DNA of 64,000 nucleotides, taken from Anthoceros angustus. Lineage: Eukaryota; Plantae; Anthocerotophyta. Each line of letters starts with the position of its first letter. Position 1 is the stretch's first letter. Positions 24,300-34,900 of this stretch are shown here, piece by piece. The notes beneath the pieces were generated by a model that was given only the letters and a program-made list of their open reading frames with translations, did no database searches and was not told the origin of the DNA. The stretch lies in assembly GCA_010909165.1 (NCBI GenBank), contig MU008170.1, positions 434,001 through 498,000 of the forward strand. Direction: 5' to 3'. The position numbers were made by a program, and so were the translations under genes.

Positions 24300-25650
24300 A
24301 GGTGTCGGAGCTTGGGTGCCGGTGCGCCATCTCCTTGATGGCGCGGATCGGGTGCTAGAGGTCTCGCGAGGTGCGCTAATGGCGATCATGTTTTGCTGCT
24401 CAACGCCCACCGCCCAACAAGCGAGATGACCGCAATTCGGGGCGCGGCGCAATGGTAATCGCACACACGCCACTATTGCTGTATGTGAAAAAGAGTTCCA
24501 CGCTCATGGAATATGCGGTGGCAATTGCAACCTCGCGCTGGGCGTAGCAGATGTGTAGGGAGCGTGAAACACGCACGCGACCCTGAAACTCGTTGCTCGC
24601 CACGACGCGGTGTTCTTCTTTTCCCGCCTAATCCGCAATTGCACTGGTTAGAATTGGGCGATCATTCATTTCCGCGCATGGGTCCGCAACTCGCCATTAC
24701 CCTTTGGCGGCGCGATGATGCCTCGCCGAGGACACCGCAGCCATGATGCGAAACACGGATATCGTAAAAAAAACCCATGGATTCGCGCTCGTACCGCATC
24801 CTCTTGGCGGTGGTATGCGCCCGGTGGGTTATTGCATCCACATTGCCTTCCGGAGCCAGTGCGTTTAAAAAACGACACCTTCAAGCGACGCCACCATGGC
24901 GGGAGGCGCATCGTGCCTTGCCAAAGCCATTTGCGCATGCGTCAGACATGCTTGGTCGGCGCGTGCAATGATATCTGGTGATTGGCCGCGCCTGACGTCA
25001 TGGTGTCCGGAGCTTGGGTGTTGCGCCATCTCCTTCCGATGATGGGCGCGGATCGGGTGCTAGGTCTCGGCAGTGCATGGCGGATGGAAATCTTGATTCT
25101 TTGCTTTCAACGTCACCCGTCAACAAGCGATGACCGCAATTCGGGCCGGACAATGGTACCTGCCGCAACGTTCCACTATTGCACTGTGAAAAAGTTCCAC
25201 GCTCATGGCATATCACGGTGGCAATTGCAACCTCGCTTGTTGTGCTTTAGGTGTATGCGGGAGGCGGTGAACCGCAGCGTGGCTCGGCCCACATTGTTGC
25301 CAACCGCGACCATGTTGGACCATTCTTTTCCGCCTAATCCAAGAATTTGGTTAGGAATTGGGCGATCGTGCTTCGCGCGCATGGGTCCGCAACTCGCCAT
25401 TACCCTTTGGCGGCGCGATGATGCCTCCTTCGAGACCGCTGCATCGCGTCTTTGGCACGGATATCGTTAAAAAACCCATGGATGCGCCCGTACGCATCCT
25501 CTTCGATGGTGTCGCCCGGTGGGTTATTGCATCCATTGCCTTCCGGAGCCAGTGCGTTTAAAACGACACCTTCAATGACGCCACCACCGTGAGGTGGCAC
25601 ACTTGGCCGTGCCTTGCCAAAGCCGCCAGGCGCACATACATGGCGGATTT
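24300..25650. repeat. Diverged tandem duplication, ~0.7 kb unit x2
   Basis: Anchor ggagcttgggtg...gcgcggatcgggtgctag at ~24306 and ~25008. Anchor atgggtccgcaactcgccattaccctttggcggcgcgatgatgcc at ~24678 and ~25381. Confidence 0.85.
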
Positions 25651-26982
25651 GCGAGACATAGCGGGCGCTGGTCATATGTCGCGGTCGCGCCAGCGCAATG
25701 CGGTAAAGGAAGCTACGGCCGGTTTGCGGCATTCTTGCGTCTGCGTCTTCTGGGCCTGACGCCTCGGCTTTAACTGTCGCCCATAACCTTCCCGACGACG
25801 TGCGGTGATAACCGCGGTCTTTGGTGGGGCCGCGGCCGCTTTCAAAATATTAAATTGGGGCCGACCCTTCACATGGGAAATATTATATTTGAGACCACAC
25901 CCCTCCCCGCCACACTCCATTGCCATTCACCCTCATCGTCCCTCTTCACCCCTCCGCCTCCCCACCTCCACGTTCCTCTCATCCTGCCTCCAACCCCTCT
26001 CCTCCCCTTCCTTTCCACCCCACCTTATTCCTCGCGGTCAGGCCGCCCTGCAATCCAACGTCGCTCTGCACCCAACCCCCTGTCCTCCCATTCCATCCAT
26101 ACTACATTGCCCCCCTCAGCCTACTCACCCGCCCTCCTATACCCCCACCTCCTCCACACATACATTATTCCGTGATCGGCCTCCGTCCACCCCACCGTTC
26201 GTCATACCCAACCTACAAAGAAGCGCAACCCCTCCCTCCTCACCTCCCCGGACTGCAATCTCCCTAAAACACTGCTGGTTGTCATAACTCGTATTCCATC
26301 CTCCAATTACACGAGATATGCCGGATTCGGTCTCGTATATCGCGTACTACCAAATACTCGTTTTTCAACGGGCAAGCCAGTTGATCGCACTCCTGCCTTG
26401 GGAAATGTCGTGCTGCTTGAAGAACAAGCTCATTCATTATACCTGTTTTTGTCCGGGCCTTGGGTTTAGCATACCGTCAGATGGAAATGCTGATTGCTGC
26501 ATTAAAGGTACTCTGGCTCCCCTAGTCAAATCTAGTTATTCACCTTGTGTCCATGTATGCATGACGGATGGATGACATATGATGAATGTGGACATATTGA
26601 TGGATGATGGGTCGGGGCGCATGTAATCTATGTACATGGTTATGTATGCAAGGCACGGTGGTATGATGCATATATAGTCAGCGGATTTATATCAGAAAAT
26701 ACATAAAAATTGTAACTCGAGGAAAAGGGCGTATACGCGGTTGAGCACATAAATATCATTGCTTATTCGAAGGACAAGGAAAGTAGGATTATAAAAAAAC
26801 CTAAAGTGCCACAAAGGAGCGAGGAGGATGTCATCAGAATACAGATGTTTTGCCTATATATGTGGGCACTCAGCCGTGGATTCTTGGTTTGTGGATGTTT
26901 GTATGAATGGAAAGGCAGCCATACTTCGTCCCTAGAGTATGTCTCATTTCTCTCTTGTGACCTTTGGGAACCACCTTTCTGG

Positions 26983-27620
26983 AGAGTGGGGCCATTGTAG
27001 TGGCCCCACTCTTTTTGTCGATGATACCTCAATGCACAAAGTTGCGGGAGTCCTATATTGGGTTCGCATCAACTGTCTATTTATCTCCGGGCCTTGGGTT
27101 TAGCATACCGACAGATGGAAATGCTGATTGCTGCATTGAAGGTACTCTGACTACCCTAGTGAAATCTTGTTCTTCACCTCGTACCCATGGTCTTTGGGAT
27201 AGTGAAAAGGTTCGTGTTACATAGGCTTGCGGTGTCTTTCTTTGTGATAAGTAACTTATATCATCTTTGAGTGGGGTGTGGCACCACTTTGTCGATGATA
27301 TCCCAATGCACAAAGTTGCGGGAGTCGTATATTGGGTTCGCATCAACTTTCTATTTATCTCCGGGCCTTGGGTTTAGCATTGGCGAGATGGAAATGCGAT
27401 TCTTTGCATTGAAGGAACTCGACTACCCTAGTGAAATCTTGTTCTTCACCTCGTTATGGTCTTTGGGATAGTGAAAAGGTTAAGTGTTACAAAGGCTTGC
27501 GGTGTCGTTGTGGATAGTCGTCGCTTATGTCACCTTTCTGAGAGTGGGGCCATTGTAGTGGCCCCACTTTTTTGATGATATCCCAATGCACAAAGTTGAG
27601 TCGTATATTGGGTTCGCACC
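26983..27620. repeat. ~280-bp tandem unit (2 full copies plus a partial), bounded by GC-rich hairpins; a further partial copy at ~26450-26555
   Basis: cacaaagttgcgggagtc at ~27035 and ~27309. ccgggccttgggtttagcat at ~26452, ~27087 and 27361. Hairpin agagtggggcca-ttgtag-tggccccactct at 26983-27012 and again at 27541-27570. Confidence 0.85.
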
Positions 27621-29879
27621 AATTCGCACAAAGCAAATGCCTGATGCAAGGGCACAAAACCGCCCTTGAGAAGAGTCAAGCTGAACCCATATACATTCTG
27701 AAGGAGATGGTCATGGCAAAAAAGTGTATGAGTTTTACTGTCGTAAATTTGGGAATACGTGTCTTGTCCACAACATTTCCTACTCTTTTTATGGAAGTCA
27801 CATATATTATTGGATACATGTTTCCCATGTATGTGTTGTGATCGAAATCCTAAAACCCTAAACAAGAAAACATGCATGACACGCGTCGAGATGGGCCCAT
27901 TAGCAGGACGATAAGGATAACTTACAAGTAAGTGTTTGTAGACCGATAACTTCGTGCGGTTGTAGACCTTGAAGTATGGAGCATGGTGAGCAAGTAGAGA
28001 GTAGTACAACCGGTCTTGGGATTCATGATGTCTACAATGTTTGTGTTTTTGTATGCCATCTATCGTTTGCATTTCTTGTTCTCCATATACCAATGAACCG
28101 GGGTCTCTGAATAGGCGGTCCACGGTGTAATTATTCAAATCACCCCGCACTTACTTCATTCGGTTATAGTGCGCAATGAGAAACATCTCGAGAATGTCGC
28201 ATTTGGCTCGAAATAGGGTGCGGAAACATCCGACAATATGCATGGTGCGAACACGCGCCATTGCATTTGCCGCATGCACCATTGGTTGGACAAGTCCGGT
28301 ATGATACAACATTATATCGAGACTCATTTGCAAGACTTACACATTCATTAGTTTCGACCCATTGCACAATTGGCTGGAATAATCCCGAATGGTACATTGC
28401 CGTGTATCGGACTCATTTTCAAGACTCACATATCCATTTGTTTTCACAAATTCGCATGTGCACCAAAGTGGACATCGTTGTCCATGTCAGGCGAAAGTGG
28501 TGAGGCTGCTTTATATATGACTCATGTGAAAACCAAAAGCTGAAGCACATAACGGCATAATGCTGTGCCGCATACACGCTATCTGGGGAGGTGCAAGGTC
28601 GGCGGCGTGGTTTAACGCAAGTACTTCCGCTGAATTGTGGGGGAAGGTGTGGGGAATCTGATCGACACGACAACTTGGAAACGCTAGCCTTTGTATGTAC
28701 CAATAGCCCAATTTAGGCATCTATTCTACATTCGTGGGGACGTCGTGCACATGTGAAAACATTGTCTTGGTCGGGATGCTGCGATTATATGGAAGGCCGG
28801 TGGGAGGCAAGGGAAAGACAAAGTGTCCACTGGCGGTTGCCCTTTTAGCTAATCCACACCAAGCATTTGGAGAAAAAATGGAGTAGAATAATATGAGGTA
28901 TAAATAGTTGACCCATCAAGCGAATGACACGATATGTATTAATCATAAAATGGGCGGAGGAGGTATCGCCGCCGGTGCCACAGGGCTATATATGTCGGTG
29001 GGGTGCGATAAAGCCAAATAGAATCAGCCCTAAAAACAATGCGATCCACCCATTTCGGCTGCCGTAAAATGCCACTCAAAAACGGTGTGAGCCTAAGGGG
29101 GTGGCAGAACCACCGAAAAAAGTATTCCCCGACATACATGGCTGCTACGCCCGGTGTCGAGATGCCCTTTCGAATGGATGGAAATGTGCTGAGAGAGACG
29201 GTATGTGGCAACAGCTACCAGCCTTTGCCTTGTCTTCAATTGACATTGCAGCCCGCCATCGCAGCAGGAGGGTGCCGTGTGAGATGGGGAGGGGCGCCGG
29301 GAGGAAGCGGGTGGGGTTCGCCGTTTATTGATGCGGGGGTTTCCGTGCCGCGGTGGGGTAGGAGGAGGCGGGGGATGAGGCGGGCGAGTGGGGGTTGAGT
29401 TTCCCAGTGGAGCAATTGTATGGTGGAAAGGCAAGTTGATGCAGTGGGTAGAGGGGACGGCAACCGCGACCACCTTGTGATGTGCGAGGAGGCGGGATGA
29501 GGCCCGAATGGCGGCGCGGCTGACGTCCCAAGCTGGGTGCGCGATGCGAACCCTTCCGAATCATGCGGCGATTGGAGTTGGAAAAGACCAGCCGGCTGGG
29601 CGGTCGGCGGCAACATGCCGCAACCATGGGGACGGCAACCGCCAATAAGGCGAAACGACTCGGCTGCGGCCAAACCCTCCACGCTACGCCGAGTTTATGC
29701 TTGGGGACCGAGTGGGCGATGAGGAACCCGCGATCACTTGCGACTATGAGTGGCGGCGGTCATCAAAGGTAGGAATTTGAAAATGCGCGCCGCTGCATCG
29801 AGGAGGATCATGTGCATTGGAGCGATGCGGCGTGCAATATCTTGCGGGAAGGGCATTGGCGATCGCCGGGCTTGTTGTG

Positions 29880-31950
29880 CTGCGGGCGCCGTCACACACG
29901 GTGGCAAATGCCTCAAGCGGGCAGGGAAGATATGTGGGAGATGCAATGCCTCGAGTACATCATTTGGGTGGCCATGGTTCCCATCAACTATAGGGAGCTC
30001 TCAGGAGTTTTTGGACTTTGTTGAAGACCATCGAGCCAATGCCTTGAATGGAGGGTATCCAGTGAAACTTGCGATCCTATACAACTGCCGTGGGGACAAA
30101 TGGAATGGAGTGGCGGTGGACAAATTATCATGAGGCGCTTGCACGGTGAGTGCCATGTTTTCATGCATCGAGGTTTTTGAGCCACCGGAATGGAAGAGTG
30201 TCACCTTGAGCGAAGCGGCATAAAGGTGCATGATGACCGAGGTTGGTTCATACAGTGCGCCGGGGGCCAGTTTGGTGGAAAGATGGCCTAGGAGGTTCTG
30301 AGTTGGTGGATTTGCGATATGCGGAGCTCAATTGGAATGAGAAGACCGCGCTCATTCGATAAGATTAACACAGACAGCCCATGTGGTGGCATATCTCGGG
30401 AGGCGTGGCGCCGAGGAGGCACTGAACTAGCGCCGCAAGGCGGGCCTGAAACATAGTGGTGGGTGCAGCAGAGGGCGGCGGTTGCAGGAGCATTTCAGCC
30501 TGCAACCGCAACTAACGTCGCATGTACGTGCCATTCGCGTTCGGCAAAGTTTGTATTCTGCGGATTGTGTAGATGGGAAGAACGCATGCCGGTGTTAGGG
30601 GTTAGGCGTGGGGCGAGTTGACACATGGCGATTGTAAGCGCGCCGCGGCGTGTGCGATGTCATTTTCAGCAATATGCCGCCCATGATGTTGTCCGGCGTT
30701 GAGACTCGCCAGTAAGTGGTCGCCTTTCGCAAGCGGCCATCTCCGCTTAACATTGCATCGAAACGCAGCGTGTTGCGATCCAGGAGACTACCAGTGGTAG
30801 CGGCCTGATCTGGTGGTGTGCGAAGAATCTCATAGCTCCCCTAAAATTGAATCGTCATATTTGCACATTTGTTTCCGTGTACATTGAATGGTGACTTGAA
30901 TGGCGGTAGCCCGATGATCCCCGCACACACGGTGGCAACGCCCTCAAGCGGGCAGCGGGAAGATATGTGGGAGATGCAATGCCTCGAGAGTACATCATTT
31001 GGGTGGCCCATGGTTCCCATCAACTATAGGGAGCTCTCGAGTTTTTGGACTTTGTTGAAGACCATCGAGCCAATGCCTTGAATGGAGGGTATCCAAAACT
31101 TGCGATCCTATACAACTGCCGGCTGGGGACAAATGGAATGGAGTGGCGGTGGACAAATTATCGCGAGCGCTCAGTGGAGTGCCATGTTTTCATGCATCAG
31201 GTTTTTGACAGTTGGCCACCGACGGAATGGAAGGTGTACAGCCGCGGGGAGCGACCGCAAACAGTGCATGACCTGCGGGTTTGGTTCGCACAGGTGCACG
31301 CATCGGGGGCCACTGATTTGGTGGAAAGATGGCCTAGGAGGTTCTACGAGTTGGTGGATTTCGTGCGATATGCGGAGCTCAATTGGAATGAGAAGACCGC
31401 CGCTCTGTTCGATGAGATTAACCTGCAGACGAAAGCCCATGTGGTGGCATATCTCGGGAGGCGTGGCGCCGAGGCGAGGAGCAGGAGCTCCAACGCCGCG
31501 GGCGGTGCATGTAAACATAGTGGTGGGTGCAATCAGAGGCGGCGCATAGGAGCATTTCGGCCCGCCTGCAACCGCAACTAACGTGCCGCATGTACGTGCC
31601 ATTCGCGCCGCGAAGGTTCTGCGAATGTGTGTAGATGGGAAGAACGCATGCCGGTGTTAGGGGTGAGGTGGGACGAGAGTTGCAAAGACATGGCGATTAG
31701 CGCCGCGTGCGATGTCATTTTCAGCAATATGCTTTACGCCCATGATGTTGTCCAGCGGTCGCTCGCAAGTGGTCGCTTTGTCACAGGACCATCTCCGCTT
31801 AGTCGCATCGCAGAACATTGCAAAGGTTGCAATGTTCCGTGGAGACCACATGGCGCGACGCACACCGCCAAGGATCGGTATCGAATAATGCAACAGAATC
31901 GCGAAGCCCCCTCATAAATTCGGATGCCATAGCACATTTGTTTCCGTGTA
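29880..31950 (+). repeat. Diverged tandem duplication, ~1.04 kb unit x2, carrying an orphan coding-like frame
   Basis: Anchor ctcaagcgggcag..gaagatatgtgggagatgcaatgcctcgag at ~29911 and ~30943. Anchor ccatctccgctta at ~30737 and ~31789. The second copy holds ORF 31045-31581. Confidence 0.85.
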
Positions 31951-34900
31951 CATTGAATGATCGCCTTGAATGGCGCGCCCGCCTCCTCGCCCCACATTTG
32001 TTTCCGTGTACAATGAGCCTTGATGGCGCGGCCCCCTCCCTCCCCCGCATCAGGTTCCCGGTTGGGTGTGTGGCCTGTGGAGGAGAGGCCGAGGCAGTGC
32101 CCCTCCCTCCCCGCCCCGCATCCGGGTCTGGGTGGTGTGTCTTGTGGGCGCCTGTGGAAGGAGCCTTGAGGCACGAGGCATGGGCTCAGCTGCGGCGGTG
32201 AAGTAGATGCCGCCTCCTTGATCATGACAGGTGTGAGTGAAAGTGAAAGGGACGAGAACAGCGTTGTGGTGGTGAAGCGGCATGGCCATGTCCGCACATG
32301 TGTCCATACCAGCGGTGGTTGCACATGAATTCTCAAACCTCCATGTTGATTCTGGATTGCGTTACCGGAGGTTCTAGATCGGCGAAATGTTGGGATCTGC
32401 TTCCCAAAGGAGGCTGACATGCCTCTCACCGCGACGAGCGATAGGTACCACTAATCGTCTTGCATTGCGTCGTCCATATCCAATGATTGCAATGCGGCAA
32501 TGTGCTTCTGCGGGGGTTGCGTGTGGGCGTGAGTATGATCCATGCGAGTACGCGTTGTGGCAAGGCCAAGTAGATGGCGGTGGCGGGCTTGCGATCGTCT
32601 TTGTTGAGAATGCATGCTGCCGCGAGGAGGGGCGGGCGGCGGAGGCTGCGGCGACGCATGCGAGGGTGCGGCGGCGATGGAGGGACGATGCGGAGAATAT
32701 GCCGCCATCGACGACCATCGTGCATATGGACACATCTGCTGCGGGGCGGTGATGAGGCCCATGAGGGGCCGCCAGGAGCAGCAGCGGTCCGATCCAGCAA
32801 GGAGCCATGGAAACGACGGTGGATCACAAACATAGAGCGGGCGACGGCGTCGCCGGCATGGACATGGGAGAGCTCAACCCGAATGCATTCCACCGACTCG
32901 GCATGTGCAAGGCGCACTGCGAGACGATGCCAAGTGCGTGGGCGGAGAGAGTGGTCCGGGGAAATGGGTCCTCTTGGTTGTGGAGGGGGGAGCTGGGATG
33001 GCCGCCTTGCACAAGGACTTCGCCGGGCGGTGGAAGGGCCAGTTGTGGCCCGCAGCCCATGAGGAGGGGCTGGTGCGGCTCAAGCAACATGATGGGCGGG
33101 ATGTCATGGACAGTTGAGGGATCTTGGGCAACGCAAAGAGCTCGCATGGCATGCATTATGTTGTTGTGGATGCCATTCGGGAGGACACTGCCGGAATGTG
33201 CCTAACAATTGAGATAGGGGCCTCTTGGTGACAATCTTGTGCGAGAAGGAAATGGGTGCCTCTGTGTGGGATTTGCGATCGAGAAGGAAGCCCTTTACCC
33301 ACCGCACTGTCCTCTCATGCCTGCATGCTTTGGAAGGCACCTTGTGGGTTGCGATTGCGAAAGTGATGGGCTGAAGTCCGCATCGGCCAGTGGGCATGTA
33401 AGGTAGTCGAGAGGACGGTGGGGCCATGAGTGGGATCGTCGGCACTGTGGATGGGCCCGCTTTGAGGGCATTGCACCTCGCGGTGAACATTGTGTGCTAG
33501 TGGGCACATTATGCATCGTGCAGGATGTGGATCGCCACAACTTCTTTGTGGGCCGCCACACCCTCCCATTTGTACTGGCCGGACGGAGCATTTCATCCGC
33601 TACATGGACTTTTCGACCAACGAAGAGGGAGTGTTCCAAGTACTGGAGGCATGTGACCTCATCATCGGGCATGCCACACCATGGGGGCCGCAAAGGGCAC
33701 GCGTTGATTCTTTGGAAGATCCATGCTTTCATGTTTGCGCCAGCTTGACTTCTTGGACCCTCTGCGGGTTGAGGTAAGGCGGTCTTGCTGGTTGCGAGTT
33801 TTGCCAGCAGCAACCAAGGCTATTGAGGGGAAGGACCAAGGCGCGTTGCTGCCTCGATGTCTTCTTACGAATAGGAATGAGCCAGCGTGGCAATGGTTTG
33901 TTGTGATGCTCTCGGAGGCCCATAGTGGCCCGTATGCATCTGTGAGCGTGTATGTGCGCGAGTTGGTGTAGGAAGCTTGCGGCTTATACCGCGGTCATGT
34001 CGCTCTTGCGCTGCCGAGGCGCATATGTGCAAAGGAGACCTCACGCGTCGCGTCACTTCGCGAATCCGAATCCGCGAGGCCGCAACATGGTGGTGTTTGG
34101 CAATACCCGCGATCGTGAACCACCGCGCGGCGTGCGGCCTTCCATCGAAGGCCGCAAGCGAGATGGGGAAAGGGCGTAGGCCCCTATCTTGCACACACAA
34201 AGATGTGAAGCCCCTTTGCACACAATTTCAAGTGCGCCCGGCGGCGGCATGATTTTTGAGGATGTGCGGAAGAGGTGCAAGCGGCAATCACAGGTGGTAG
34301 CCGATTCTTGCAATTTCTTATTCAGCGGACGGCGACTTGGAATAACACCGGGCGCTCTGCGCAATCGACCTCCGCGAGGCTGCGGGCTGCAGACGGAACC
34401 ACGCGAACGCCTTCCAGGCGGCGGTGTCGAGGTTGCAAGCCACCTTGCCCATCCCAAGCGAAGCGACCACTGGAGGAGGCCGATGGCGGTGCGTGGCTCA
34501 CCAATGGATGAGGGATGTGGTGGGGGACGCACAGGCTGCCTGGGATGAGCTGGACCAACTGGGAGGAAGGGCTGCAGGACGTGCAGCGGATGCACGTGGG
34601 AGGAAGAGGCGCCGCAAGCGGGGATGTGGTGGTGCAGAAGGCACACCGGGATAGCTGGACCAGCCCAGGAGGAAGCTGCGGAGACGCACGGATGCACGCA
34701 GGGGAAGAGGCGCTGCAAGCGGGGGATGAGCATGAGGAAGGTGGGGAGGACGGGCCGCGTGGTAGCGGAGCCTTCCAGAACACTCCGCTCACGCCGGAAG
34801 GGGTGTCGGTGTGATGTGGCACTTGCAATCAGGCGGCCCGAGGAGCTGCCGTGAGCCAGGCTGCGGCTTGAGGCAGTGGCGAGGCTCACCTGCAGCATCC

